Shown here piece after piece: positions 12,101 through 25,320 of a DNA stretch of 56,140 nt. This DNA comes from Macrostomum lignano (taxonomy: Eukaryota). The position numbers and the translations under genes were made by a program. The notes under the pieces are model-generated. The model saw nothing but the letters and a program-made list of their open reading frames with translations. It searched no databases and was not told the DNA's origin. The stretch is taken from NCBI GenBank assembly GCA_002269645.1, contig NIVC01002031.1, positions 1-56,140 on the forward strand, given 5' to 3'. Numbering within the stretch: the first letter of the stretch is position 1; each line of letters begins with the position of its first letter.

Positions 12101-14405
12101 TTTTTTCTATTTTCCAAATATGTCCATCTTATATGGAATAGGCCCAAAGCATTTGGTCTTTATAATATAGGCATAGTTACTCCTGCCATTTACCCAAAAG
12201 TACATTAATTTTTGCTTAGGTTTCTTTTATGGGTAAGTCATATTTTTGGTCAAAAGTAAATTGCATAGCCAGTATAAATCTGGGAGTTGCACATATATGG
12301 TAGGGCTCCTTAGATATTGCATAATGATATAATTACTAATAACAAAAAGTATCAATTACTAATTTGGCTAAGTAAATTTACCGAAATTCATGTATAGGTG
12401 TCTGTTGTGAACATACATGCATAATTGCTAGCTGACCTGGCTGATCTGGCCACCATAAATTGTGGTAGACCAGGGGTAAGTCACAAAAATACCCATCCTA
12501 AAGAATACAGATGTAGTACTAATTAGATGATGAGGCATTTAGCCCTTAAAAGTGTCATAGTTACTCCTGCCATTTACCCAAAATTGCGTAAATGTTGTTC
12601 TAGGGTTTCTTTCATAGGTAAGTCACATTTTTGGTTATAAAGTAAGTCGCATAGCCAGTGTAAATCACGGGGGTTGTGCATATATGCTCATGAATGTTTA
12701 TAAATATAAAATAATGGCTGCAAAAGCATGTTAAAACAAAGGAAAAGTGTGTTATTAAATTGGACATCCCGTGTATCTGAGAATGTAATATATACATAGT
12801 GCATAGGGGCCACTTGACATTTTTTTTATTTTGTCAATTTTCTTTGCATGGCATATTTTTGTGAATCCCTTTCTTTGACATTGTAACCAATAGAAAGACC
12901 TTATTAGACATATAAGAAAATAATTTTTTTTCTAAGTCTTAAAGTTTTTTGCTTATTACAAGGTTGCCCAACCTTTTTAAAATTAACAAACATTTCTTAG
13001 AAAGGACTTTCAAAACTCAAGGATAAATGATAGATAATACAAACTCAATTAAATTAAAAGATAAGGCTAATATAGTATGCATTGAAAAATACTATTGTAT
13101 TAAAGGAATTATCCAAATAACAAATTATATACAATTTTTCCCTTTATTAATTATTGCCAAATTTGCCTAGATTGTTGCCAAATTTCCTTAGATTGTTGCC
13201 AAATTTGCTTTTGCCAAATTGGTCCATTGTGAATCTCTGTTGCTGAATTTGTTTATTGCCAAATTGGTCACAACCTAGCTAAAGCAGGTATATGTTATAG
13301 GTAGTTGTTATTGTTATAGTGATCATATAAATGAGATGGTTATTTTTACAGTTAATACTTAAAACAAATACAATCTAAATGAAGTAACAAACTTGCTATA
13401 CAAATATTATGATGGCTAAATTAAAAAAAATAAAGAAACATTTCATTTTATTAATAAATACAATGGTAACTTCTATGGTTCTTGTCATGGTAGCTAAATT
13501 TAGGTAATTGTTACTATTACGTACCTTGTAATTTAATAGAAATTTCTTCCACATGACCATAATTATAAAAATAACCATTTTGCTTCCTATCTACAGTGAT
13601 TATAAAAATAACAGTTTTGCTATTTATATGGTTACATTAAGTAAAGACCATAGGCCCACATAGAGTCTTATGTATTAACTGTAAAAATAACTGTTTTGTT
13701 ATTTATACAGTCACCGTAACAATAACAACTGCCAAAGCTTTAATAAAAGATAAAAACAAAACAAAAAGAACAACAATTAATTAAAGCCAAAGAAAAAGAT
13801 TCTAATTGCATATAGGCCTAGTCCTAGCTATACTCCTATAATACATATATATAATATAAACATTAGTCATAAAACATGTTGCATTTTTATAGAAAACTAT
13901 TTTACTAGCTAGAGCTATATATATAGGCCTAGTCATTGCCTATATTATATATAAGCTGCATATTTACCTCTTAGATTTATATACTTTTTTGTTATTATTG
14001 GTAGCATGGTTTACTAAAAAAAGCAGCTAATGAGCCAACAATGTTGAAATTTAAAATCTTATTCTTAATCTTAATATTTTGCTGGGCTTAAATGCAACCA
14101 AAGCAAGAATTTTATTTAGGCCTATTGCATTAAATTTATATTAAATCTAGACTGAAAATAAAATTTACACTGAACTCTTGCCTACAGCACTAAAATCTTG
14201 CATACGAAAAATTGTTTGTCATTAATTGAGAACTGGACTTGCTTGCCCCTTAGCAAAATCACCTATGACCTAGGACCTAGACCTAATTTTTTAGTTCTTT
14301 GACACTCGCAAACTATGAAAATTGAAGAAATTGCAAAAAATCTTACCCAGAGTTCGAAGACTCTACAAACTTGCTTCGTCTACTCGATCTTCCACGCTTC
14401 GCCAT
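3101..14405 (-). CDS. MACO1: Macoilin (TMEM57), 7 exons, with two apparent 1-nt frameshifts in this sequence
   Basis: Exons (minus): 14405-14347 ([20 protein letters not shown]), 10689-10421 ([30 protein letters not shown]...[10 protein letters not shown]), 7542-7331 ([23 protein letters not shown]), 6873-6382, 5839-5449 (coiled coil [26 protein letters not shown]), 4736-4474 ([13 protein letters not shown]), 3428-3268 or to 3101. All junctions are GT-AG. Phases agree except exon 5 to exon 6. The motifs match well-known macoilin N-terminal TM and C-terminal coiled-coil sequence. Confidence 0.93.
3523..4370. repeat. ~22-bp minisatellite (GGGGCGATTCTTATTGGACTCA) in macoilin intron 6
   Basis: Tandem units are directly visible. 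Confidence 0.92.
4808..5408. repeat. ~30-bp minisatellite (GGAATCTCACCCCTAATAAGAATCAAATCA) in macoilin intron 5
   Basis: Tandem units are directly visible. Confidence 0.92.
5935..6295. repeat. 21-bp minisatellite (GAACGGGGATAGAATAGGTGT) in macoilin intron 4
   Basis: Near-perfect tandem units. Confidence 0.93.
6915..7255. repeat. 24-bp minisatellite (CAAAT[A/G]GGTCAGGGGAGGGATTCC) in macoilin intron 3
   Basis: Near-perfect tandem units. Confidence 0.93.
7590..10378. repeat. Two abutting minisatellites in macoilin intron 2: ~24-bp AAGAACCGCCTCACAACCCCCTTC (to ~8330), then 21-bp CAGAATGGCCCTACAAAACTG[A/T]TT (~95 copies)
   Basis: Units are directly visible. The 682-aa ORF at 8195-10243 is only the stop-free 21-bp array. 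Confidence 0.95.
11000..11156. repeat. ~155-bp near-perfect palindrome (foldback/MITE-like) in macoilin intron 1
   Basis: The arms share a perfect 38-bp inverted segment (GTTTCTATTGG...CACTATTGG). The centre is AGTAGTCAC|GTGACTACT with no loop. Confidence 0.9.
11358..12145. mobile_element. Possible degenerate non-autonomous DNA transposon (imperfect TIR GGGCC[T]ATTCCATATAA)
   Basis: GGGCCATTCCATATAA at 11358 is inverted relative to TTATATGGAATAGGCCC at ~12129-12145. The interior is AT-rich and non-coding. No clear TSD. Confidence 0.35.
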
Positions 14406-16030
14406 ATCAATTTGTGGTATACGGCGTCGAAAATGCATCACTAGCAATTATTAAATTTCTAGACAAATAACAGAAAACAAGCAACCGCGTACTTTTTAAT
14501 TTTTTCAGATATAACAAAAATTATAAACATTTTCCACTAAAATTACGCTTATTGTTAATAATCACCAAATGCGCTAACTAATTCCTACTTTCTGCAACAA
14601 ATAAATATGCTAGCAATCAAGTGAAGTTTGACGACAGATATTACCGAAGTTTCACAGTCGGTGGCAATGTAATTTGTGCGATATATGTTAATAACGCAAT
14701 CATTACCTTAATAGACGTTCCTAATTTTACTAATTTAAATTAATAGTTGCGGTCTTACGGAACAGGGCCAGATGGACAGCTGCCCCTTGCTATTAAGATA
14801 GGAGGCACGGTGTATATGTGCTTCAGCTCTCATCTCTATATATCATGTAATTTGCTCGACTGCCAGCAATTGGGTCGTGAATATGTGTAGGGTAGGGAAA
14901 GGTCAATTAGACACAGATGTTCTCAAAGGTATCCAGGAGCCAATACAAGTCATTCTTGTGGTACCAAAGGTACCAAAGTAACACAAAATCTCATATCTGC
15001 TTCGCGTTTATGGGATCTCAAATTTACGTGTCTGTAGCGCTAAAATAATTACCGCTCAAATCTCGACTGTTGCGCAAAAAAAGCGTTCCCGAAAAAGAGA
15101 ATTTTTTATAGTGATTGAAAATTTTAATGATTCTTCCCCCTTATTTTAAAAGTGTTCCGCGGCGCTTTCTCCATTAATTTCCGCTACATCTTTACCCAAG
15201 GTTTTTCTTATACATGCACTGATCATGAAGAGCTTCGATCGCGAAGATTTTTTAGGGCACGAAAAAAGCACTTTTTTAATTGCTGACGATTGCAGCAATC
15301 CATCTTTTGGCGCCTTTTCAGCGCCTCTTCTAAAAATACATGCATATATTGTTGTAGAACTTTGGTAGAACTACTCACATATGTACATGCGCTGTTTTTA
15401 CTTTAATTTCCATGGTGCATAAATGAATGTAAGTTATATACATGTAGACTCCATAGCAACCCATAAATGTACGTGTTTACGTACTGTATATATATATATA
15501 TATTACTACTGAAGAAATATATCTAGAGTTATATACATGTAGTAACGTTTGAGCTTCTCTTCATTTCGATACAAAATGTATGTGTAGAATAAAAATAGGG
15601 TAGGGGAACAAGGCAGTTTTCTTAAGATCGACCCAATCACTGTTTTAGTGTTGAAAATCGTGAAATTTCTTATCTCCGTAGTGTATTTTTCCGGTGAAAC
15701 CTGCCTTTAAAACTATTTCTGAACGTAAAGCTTTATAAATATCGATAGAACAATAAGAAAGGCACAACATATCAAAAGATGAACACAGGATCTGCCTCCT
15801 ATCGAAAGCAATAACAATTTTTGTGCTGAAAAAATTAAAACCTCCTATCTCTGTAGTGTATTTTTCGGCGAATAGTTGCCTTCAAAACATTTACCATAGA
15901 TTTCGAGTGTAGCGTCCTATATATATGTTACTTGAGTAGTCCTGGGTATTACATGTACATTTATGTACGAGTACACATGTAGTGTGGCATTACATGTACA
16001 ATGTATACAACTGTATTGCATAGTTTTTTT

Positions 16031-16318
16031 ACACCTGCCCTAACAAGCAGATGTGCAATCGACAGCTCACCGACAGCTATTTGCGCGGTGCATCTGAAGG
16101 CTGCGTACGGCTGTTGAATCCAAGGACTGGGGGGTCGCGAAACCCACCCTCAATTACCCCCCAGCTAATAATGTTGGCACCCATTTTACAACTGGATGAA
16201 CTCAAGCAATGTAGAGTTGTCTTACTCCAGGACACAAATTGTTCCGGTGGGATCGGGAATCGAACCCACCACCTTTCAGTAGTGAGTCTGAAACTCTAAA
16301 CACTAGTCCACTAGCCTG
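16031..16318 (-). mobile_element. tRNA-derived CORE-type SINE (copy 1)
   Basis: The minus strand has an A-box-like 5' end and B-box GGTTCGATTCC, followed by a MIR/CORE-like segment. It aligns by eye with the copies at 40330 and 47690. Confidence 0.75.
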
Positions 16319-16956
16319 AAATTGCATAGTATTACATGTAGAATGTACCTTTAAGAAAAAAAATATGATTTACAATATGGATTTCCATTTACACTGTACA
16401 AGTACATTTAAATTCTTACAATCAACAGAAAAACGTTTTAAATATATTCTACTTTGTCTTTAGCTCGTATCTGTCGTAGAACGTTATTAAAAAGAGAATT
16501 TTTAAGGACAAACCAATGCAAACTGCATGGTAATAAGGTGCTAAAAAGTGGTTGCAAATTCAATCTTCCTTTTTACAGACAGGATTAAACTTGAGTACCG
16601 CTGTTTTTAGCAATTGTTGGTTGCGGACAGCAATTGGCACCTGCTTCTTATGTTGCTTAAAGATTTTGGCTTTTTTAAAAGGCGCGAACGCAATAAGATT
16701 ATAGAGGTCCAAAAAGACCGCTTGGCAACTTCTATTGAATGAATTTTGAGGGGGGAGGTGATAAAGATTCTTAAGTAGAGCAGGTGTGAAAAAATATCTG
16801 TGCTTATTTGTAGTTCTTAGATACAGCAGCACAGCTGGAAACTGCGAATAAGACTGCCGTTGGTTGTGAAAAATCAATTAGAAGACAATAATTTTCTCTG
16901 AGCACAGTCAGGTGGTCTCAACAAAACATGAGAGGATGTCGGCGATAGAGAGATTC

Positions 16957-17572
16957 TGTGAGATGAGATTCGGTGAGTTGAGATTCGGTGAGATGAGATT
17001 CAGTGAGATGAGATTCGGTGAGATTCGATTCGGTAAGGTGAGATTCGGTGAGATGAGATTCGGTAAGGTGAGATTCGGTGAGATAAGATTCGGTAAGATG
17101 AGATTCAGTGAGATTCGATTCGGTAAGGTGAGATTCGGTGAGATTCGATTCGGTAAGGTGAGATTTGGTGAGATGAGATTCGGTAAGGTGCGATTTTGTG
17201 GGATGAGATTCGGTCAGATGAGATTTAATGAGTTGAGATTCGATGAGTTGAGATTCGACGATATGAAATTGGTGAGATGAGACTCGGTGAGATGAGATTC
17301 GGTGAGATGATAATCGGTAATTTGAGATTTGGTGAGATGAGATTCGGTGAGTTGAGATTCGGTAAGGTGAGATTCGGTGAGATGAGCTTCGGTAAGGTAA
17401 GATTCGGTGAGATGAGATTCGATGAGTTGAGATTCGGTAAGGTGAGATTCGGTGAGATGAGATTCGGTGAGGTGGGATTCGGTGAGATGAGCTTCGGTAA
17501 GGTGGGATTCGGTGAGATGATATTCGGTGAGATAAGATTCGGTGAGATGAGCTTTGTCGAGATGAGATTTGA
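16957..17572. repeat. GAGATTCGGTGAGAT-type 10/15-bp minisatellite
   Basis: Tandem units are directly visible. Confidence 0.9.
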
Positions 17573-18264
17573 GTAAGCGAGGAGTAAGAGTGCAACATAT
17601 CGACTTTGCCAAGTCAGCAATCCTTTTTTTGATAACGAATCAAAAATTTAAAGCAGCTGAACTTGCTTCTACGAGCGTATTGGCTATAACTCTATATATT
17701 CTCTAACCTTATGACGTCATAACCAAACTGGCGGTCTTCCCAATGATGCCGAGGTGAAAATAGCTCGAATTTCAAAGTGTGAAAAATTCTGCACAATCAA
17801 GTCCTGTCTGGTGTTGAGTTTTTTCTCAACATTAGCAAAACACCCCCAGGCGATGTGCCGGCGAATGCATGGGATCATTTTGAGTCGTTTTTGTTCCCCT
17901 CACCCGAAGTGAGGCCTGATTTATGACTTGCTAAAAGTCTCAATTATATTAGAAAGGTGGGCAAGAAGGCCTGTGAGACCTGCTGCAACCTACCTGAGCT
18001 CAGCTCACAGGTCTGACTTGCAGGAAAAATTTATAACTTTTCTGATTTGTCTATCGACTGCCTGGCCAGACATAATTACTGCATGCTCAATTACAGTGAG
18101 GTGATTTTCTAATTAACACTTCACCTTTTTCTTATCGTGCTCTGCTTTTTGTGCTGGTCCTCAATTTATGTACGAGTCTGCTTGTTCAAATGCTGCGGCT
18201 CTGACACTCTCAGATGCATATATATATCTCTTTGCATATTCACCTGATGTCCGCTCATCATTCC

Positions 18265-18665
18265 CCCAATCCACCCACCCATCAATCCACCCAACAATCC
18301 ATCTATCTATCCACCATCTATCCACCCATCCATCCAACCAACTATCTACCCTATCCACCAATCTATCCACCTAACTATCTATCCATCTATCCACCTGCAA
18401 CTATCCACTCATCTATCCACTCATCCACCCGTCTATCCACCCATCCACCCAACTATCCACCTATCTATCCTCCCATCTATCGAACAATCTATTCACCCAT
18501 CCACTCAACTATCCACCCATCTATCCACCCATCTATCCACCCATCTATCCACCCATCCACCCAACTATCCACTCATCTATCCACTCATCTATCCACCCAT
18601 CCACCCATCTATCCACTCAACTATCCACCCATCTATCCACCCATCCACCCAACTATCCACCCATA
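18265..18665. repeat. Compound (CCAT/CTAT/CCAC)n microsatellite
   Basis: Directly visible. Confidence 0.88.
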
Positions 18666-19044
18666 AACAGTCATATATTTATAGATTGATTAATAACATA
18701 ACAAATAATCGAAGTCAATTTGAAATCAAGCTGTAAATTTGAATTTCAAATTGAAGCATATATATTAACAAAACAAAAGTCCACGCAAAATTTTAACTGC
18801 TGCAAGCGTACATGTACATGTCAGTAAATTTATTAGATGTGTCAAGTGGCTCTAACGTAATACAAATATTAAATATTTATTTTAAAAAAGAAACATAACA
18901 TAGATACAACACGGAGTAGCAAAAAAAGAAGCAAATGGATTTTCAATTGTACTACTAATGGCTAAGTAGTGCAAAGGGACATTTTTCTCTCTAACGGAAT
19001 CAGTCTTTGAGTAGCTAATAATGGCAATTGAGAAGCTGAATCAA

Positions 19045-22000
19045 TTAGAATTTCCTTTGTTCCAGGTGCGAATGCCACTGGTGATAATAGGGGCCGCTGT
19101 AGGGCAGCCCCATCTGTTGGTGATGGTTGCCATAGTAACTCGGCCAGAACTGGCCGAACGAGTCAGCGGCAGCTGCGGCAGCGGCAGCGGCGGCAGCAGC
19201 GGAGGCTGAGGCTGTTGATGAGGCTTCGCGCTTCATCGCCACAACCCGAAGCGATTGGCTCTCGTCTGCTGCTTTTCTGGGGCTCCTCGCTTCCGGCAGG
19301 GCTTCGGCCTGCTTGCTGCCGCTGCTGCTGTCGCTGTTCTTGGCGGCCGCGGCTGCTGCGGCGGCTGCTGCTGCGGCGGCGGCCACCACGGCGCTGTGAC
19401 TGATCTTCTTGGAGCCTCTGCGAACGCAGGTAGAGAAGAGGTGCGTAACTTATTGCAGGTTGTAATATGCAAGCATGAAATAGATTGACTGTTGGATAGT
19501 AAAATAGGCTGCAAGTTGACTCTTAATACACTGTAGAAACATTAAAGGATAGAGTAGATGAAAGCGTAAATTTTCGGGATCTTGAGGCTGGTTGGTAAGC
19601 AGGAACGTAGGTGAGTAGAGGTTGGGGTTGGGTTAGATGAGGTACATGTAGAATCGTAGATAGTGAGGTAAGGTTGGTAGGTTGGCGTAGGTAGATAGAG
19701 GTAGGTAGTTAGAGGTAGGTAAGCAGGTAGGTAGGTAGATAGTTAGGTAGATAGGTAGGTAGATAGGTAGGTAAGGTAGGTAGATAGGTAGGTAGTTAGA
19801 TACTCGTAGGTAAGGTAGGTGGGTAGATACATATGTAGGTAGATAGGTAGCTCAGCAAGCAGACAGTTAGGTAGGTAGAGAGGTAGTTTTAGAAACAGAC
19901 AGCACAGTCAGCTGATTGAGCGAGTATGAAACCAGACTTAAAAACACGTAACCAGCCAGGTACAGACCTTTTGCCGGTGACCCGAAAGCCCTTAGCGAAC
20001 GGATTGCAGTCGATCTTCAGCTGGGTGATGCGCTGGTTCTGATAGGCGGTCACGGCGATGAACTCAGCCAGGGGGAAGTCGAAGCTGCCGTAGGCAACGA
20101 ACCGGGAGTGCAGCCAGGCGGACTCCTCGATCTCGGCCACGTACAGCCGCGGCCGGTACTTGTGCATGCTGTTCAGGATGATCTGCGGGTGGCATTTTTT
20201 GGATTAGCACTTAAAATTCGTCGGTTTGTTCACTTCTCCAGATGAGTTGGAATTTCGGGATTTGGGATTGAGGATTTCAGGATTTGGGATTGATTTGGGA
20301 TTTGAGGATTTAGGATTTCAGGATTTGAGGATTTAGGATTTCAGGATTTGGGATTTGAGGAGTTGAGATTTGAGCATTTTGGGGGTATTGGATTTGAGGA
20401 TTTGGGATTTGAGGATTTGGAATTTGAGGATTTGGGATTTGAGGATTTGGGATTTGAGGATTTGGGATTTGAGGATTTGGGATTTGAGGATTTGGGATTT
20501 GAGGATTAGGGATTTTAGGACATGGGATTTGAGGATTTAGGATTTGAGAATTTTGGGATCAATGTAATCAACAAATCGAGATCCGAGTTTTGGGATTTGT
20601 ACATCCAACTGAACTCACGTGACCGTGCGGATCCATGCCATTATTAGTGAGCTTCATCCTGAGGAAGCTGACCGGCTGCTTGAGCCAGTGCGCACCGCTG
20701 GCGGGCGAGTCGGGGTGCATGAAGCAGCGGTGCGCCGGCGCCGGCTCGCCTTTGCCCACCACCAGCCAGCGGCTGCTCTGGAACTTCCAGCGGCAGTCGG
20801 CCACAGGCTCAACAGTGAGGTACACGCAGTAGCGCTTGTCCGGCTCCAGGCCGCTCAGCCGCAGCTTCAGCGATGGGAACATCCGCCTGCCCGACTTGGT
20901 GATGATCATCTCGGTGCCCACTGCGGCGAAGGCCTCCCACAGGCGGCTGTCCTCCAGCTCGGCGTTCACCTCCGGCCCGAGACGGCGCAGGGGCGGCGCC
21001 GGTGGCGGCTGCAGCGGCGACTGCGGAGACGGAGATTGTTGGGGTAGCCAGGCGGGCTGAGCCTGAGGATGGTGCTGCTGATGATGAGGCTGATGGGGAT
21101 GCTGGTACTGCTGATGATGGTTCTGAAGCTGATCCTGCTGCTGCTGCGGAGGAGGATGCGGATATGGTACCGGCGGCTGCGGCGAAGTGTCCTCGTCCGG
21201 GACAGCGGCGGCTGCAGGATCTGAAAGGTGATGCGATTGTCAAATATTGCCACTGTGATTGTCATCTGCTGTCATTGTGATTATCATCTGTTGTCACTGT
21301 GATTGTCAACTGCTGTCATTGTGATTGTCAACTGCTGTCATTGTGATTGTCAACTGCTGTCATTGTGATTGTCATCTGCTGTCATTGTGATTATCAACTG
21401 CTGTCATTGTGATTGTCACCTGCTGTCATTGTGATTATCAACTGTTGTCATTGTGATTGTCACCTGCTGTCATTGTGATTGTCAACTGCTGTCATTGTGA
21501 TTGTCAACTGCTGCCATTGTGATTGTCAACTGCTGTCACTGTGATTGTCAACTGCTGTCACTGTGATTGTCAACTGCTGTCATTGTGATTGTCAACTGCT
21601 GTCACTGTGATTGTCAACTGCTGTCATTGTGATTGTCAACTGCTGTCATTGTGATTGTCACCTGCTGTCATTGTGACTGCCATCTGATGTTATTGCGATT
21701 GTCATCTGCTATCATTGTGATTGCCATATGCTGTCATTGTGACTGTGATCTGCTGTTATTATGATTGCCATCTGCTGTCATGGTGATGGTCAACTGCTTG
21801 AAGCAATGGCTACTAAGATGACCAGACCAAGAAGACGGAATCCAATGACGAAATGACCCAATAACCACACTCAATGACCTAGTAAAAATGATCTGAGAAA
21901 AATCCCAATACAAGAATATCAACCGCTACAGAGAATCTTTGCCTCTACAAATTGCAGAGCACAAAATCAAATTACCGCCATCTAAATGCGGAAAACTGCC

Positions 22001-23810
22001 ATCTAGCCGCAATAAATAACAAATTTATCTCATATAGAATTCAATGCGCAATGCGATATAGGAGAAGCTGCAAGCATCAATTATGCTGTGAGAAGCATTA
22101 GCGACCTTGGGATTAGTGAGTAAGATTCAGCAGGGGTCTATATAGGATCAAGGTCCTAAGGGATGATAGGCTGAACGAAATTATAACAAATTTTGTTATA
22201 GGGGCTCATGAAGGAAAAAGAAGAATTACTGTTTCAAGCGTTCGGAAGGCATGTTTTGCCAGTCTATAGCCATATATCTAATATGCCACCACATCTGCAG
22301 ATAGAAGCGCCAAGCTTTCTCTTTCTTGACCTGAGAATTTCCTTCAGATGATTCTTTGGCAAATTGAAATTAAATATACAATAAAATCATTAAAAAACTA
22401 CTTAAAGTTTCGTTAGAATTGACAATTTAGATTTGGTTAAACTAAATTAATATGTACACATTGCCAATGCAGTGCCAATGTACATTACGCCACTGGGTGT
22501 GGGCCAACTGATAAGAAATATGAAGATGAGAAAGGGGAGATGCATGGGGGCTTGAAGAGTTCACGGACTTGTTGAAACTCTTACAAATTAAAATGGATGA
22601 CCCCTAATTATTAATCTAGCCTATTAAATACGCGGTATCTGTATGTAAGTTTGTCTTTTGGTTTATCTATAAACCCACTGGGTCAACCTAATCTAACAAG
22701 TATAGATACATGAGGTAACAAGACATCATATTGTATATGCGCACATTATTTTGATTTTGAGTTATAAATGAAAACTAACTATACAACACTGCAGAACTGC
22801 AGGGGGGAGACAATAAAGACTCAAATATATAGTTTTAGCCCATGTAATCACTCAAACCAAAATCCATCTAGTTGTGGCTTGCTGAAGCAATATAGAAATT
22901 TTTTATGTTTCATGTTTGCTTGGGTTCATTTTGTGTGCTCTTGTTGTCCGTCGAATATTGATTGGGCAAGCAGGTATGTGCCTGCTGGCACCCTTTGGTG
23001 CTGGCGCCCCTTGGTGCTGGCGCCCCTTGGTGCTGGCGCCCCTTGGTGCTGGCGCCCCTTGGTGCTGGCGCCCCTTGGTGCTGGCGCCCCTTGGTGCTGG
23101 CGCCCCTTGGTGCTGGCGCCCCTTGGTGCTGGCGCCCCTTGGTGCTGGCGCCCCTTGGTGCTGGCGCCCCTTGGTGCTGGCGCCCCTTGGTGCTGGCGCC
23201 CCTTGGTGCTGGCGCCCCTTGGTGCTGGCGCCCCTTGGTGCTGGCGCCCCTTGGTGCTGGCGCCCCTTGGTGCTGGCGCCCCTTGGTGCTGGCGCCCCTT
23301 GGTGCTGGCGCCCCTTGGTGCTGGCGCCCCTTGGTGCTGGCGCCCCTTGGTGCTGGCGCCCCTTGGTGCTGACTGACGCCTCTCGTTGTCGGTCCTCGTT
23401 AGCCCCCCGCTCCCCAAAGACGCGCCCCCAGCGCAATAAAACACCAAGGTTGCGCCCCTGGACAGGCAATTACTATTACTAATTCGTAGTTATTTTGGCT
23501 TGGACTTTTAAGTTTCAACACTGGCCTAGTTGATAGTTGAACAGTTAAAAATATCTAAGTCAAATTTACGCAACTGTAACTTACCTTGAAATCCAAAACT
23601 GCCATTGTTGTTGTCATTATCATTATTATTACAGCTCTGATAACAATAGGCCGCGGCAGTGGCTGCTGGCATCGACAAATTACTGCCGACGTCATTGAAG
23701 CAGTCACTGTAGTGCTGCTGCTGCTGCTGTTGCGCGACATCAGCTAGATGATGCTGAGGATGATGCATTAGACGGCTACTCCAGCTGCCTGGATCGCAAG
23801 CTCCGTACAT
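19045..23810 (-). CDS. T-box transcription factor, 4 exons, most similar to the Tbx6 group (subfamily tentative)
   Basis: Exons (minus): 23810-23585, 21220-20619, 20182-19968, 19417-19045. All are GT-AG and in phase. T-box: LWEAFAAVGTEMIITKSGRRMFP...HPDSPASGAHWLKQPVSF..KLTNNGMDPHGH|IILNSMHKYRPR...FIAVTAYQNQRITQLKIDCNPFAKGFR. The DPHGH and F..VGTEM motifs resemble Tbx6. The N- and C-termini are Q/H/P- and A-rich. Confidence 0.92.
19620..19885. repeat. (AGGT/AGAT)n microsatellite in T-box intron 3
   Basis: Directly visible. Confidence 0.88.
20255..20560. repeat. 15-bp GAGGATTTGGGATTT minisatellite in T-box intron 2
   Basis: Directly visible. Confidence 0.9.
21250..21760. repeat. 22-bp CTGTCATTGTGATTGTCAACTG minisatellite at the 3' end of T-box intron 1
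   Basis: Directly visible. Confidence 0.9.
22995..23369. repeat. Perfect 16-bp minisatellite (TTGGTGCTGGCGCCCC), ~23 copies, in T-box intron 1
   Basis: No variant units seen in the array. Confidence 0.95.
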
Positions 23811-24794
23811 GCTGATTGCTCAGTACAAACAGATCAAAGTCAATCGCTTCAATTAGTCCTCTTTTACTTTCACTACTTTTCACAGACCGCGAGAGAAGCG
23901 CCCGGATTAAATATCATTAGATAGGCCTGGTGGTGCCTTGAGAGGGGTCGGGGCCTAGAGTCAGCGCTAAGAGAGAGGAATGTGGGGGGTTGGGCCGGCC
24001 ACTCGTCTCCTATTGGCTGGGAGGGCTGCGCTTGCCCCACCACCCAGCCCAGCCCCACACATCCCGACTGTTTCACTGTCGCTAATTCCTGCCAGAGCCC
24101 ATGGAGCTTTACAAGTTGGCTTAGTTAGTCTGGGACTCTCAGTCTCTCAGCAGACAAGCAGAACAGTGAAGTCAAGCCAACCACAAACCGTTTCAACCCG
24201 ACAAAGGCTATCCGCTAATACCCGCAGTCCTGCTAATGGCTATTAAAAGCCGATATTTGCAAAAAATGCCGATTTTAAATGAAAAGAAATGTGCGATGAT
24301 GCCAATGAATATTATTGCATTTTACTCTAAAACTATATAGGCCGTCGGAAAGATCAAAGACCGTTTAGGGGCCGGCTTAAATGCCTAAATATAACAAACA
24401 AACCGCTCCCAGTCAGTTGTTTTTGTTTTACGTATTAGCAGTGCAGTAGCATCGTATGTTCTTATTCATTCGAATCGACGGTTTAGGGTCAAAGTTTGAG
24501 TCGAGCTTTTAGTGATAGAGTCGCAGAAAAGTTCAAATCAAAGCAATAAGTTGTTAAGGTACCGTTAATGTATATCTTATCTATTTATTTAAATTAAGTC
24601 GCAGACTCAATTAAGTTTCTTTGAGGACAGTTTGGTGGGCGCTTTGGAGTCGCTATGGGGCGCTTCTGCCCTGCACGGCGAATAAACGACTTCCATAGGA
24701 TTGCGGGTATTGACGGTCCCACATGGCTACCTGGCTAGTGATGACCTGTCTATAGGATTAGATGGCGCTAAAAAGGATTAAACGGCACCTAAGA

Positions 24795-25320
24795 GAGATT
24801 AGATGGAATCGAAGAGGGACGCCGAAGAGGGATTAGATGTCTCCAAAGAGGGATTAGATGACGCCGAAGAGGGATTAAATGATGCCGAAGAGGGATTAGA
24901 TGACGCCGAAGAGGGATTAAATGATGCCGAAGAGGAATTAGATGACGCCGAAGAGGAATTAGATGACGCCGAAGAGGAATTAGATGACGCCGAAGAGGGA
25001 TTAGATGATGCCGAAGAGGGATTAGATGACGCCGAAGAGGGATTAGATGACGCCGAAGAGGGATTAGATGACGCCGAAGAGGGATTAGATAGCACTAAAA
25101 GAGATGAGATGTCGCCAAAGAGGAATTAGATATCGCCGAAGAGAGATAAGATGACACCGAAGAGGGATTAGATGTCTTCGAAGAGGGATTAGATGTCTTC
25201 GAAGAGGGATTAGATGTCTCCAAATAGGAATTAGTTGTCGCCGAAGAGGGATTAGATGTCGCCAAAGATGGATTAGATATCGCCAAAGAGGGATTAGAAA
25301 GCGCCGAAAGAGATTAGAGG
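24795..25320. repeat. 21-bp GAAGAGGGATTAGATGACGCC minisatellite
   Basis: Directly visible. The DDAEEGL ORF is its translation. Confidence 0.9.

Noticed and set aside
12172-12687. ~130-bp diverged direct repeat in macoilin intron 1
   Set aside because: Probably internal repeats of a decayed DNA transposon, with no coding or structural signal to pursue.
16230-16318. A tRNA gene
   Set aside because: It has a B-box but no complete cloverleaf, and it continues into a CORE-like body found three times in the window, so it is a SINE head.
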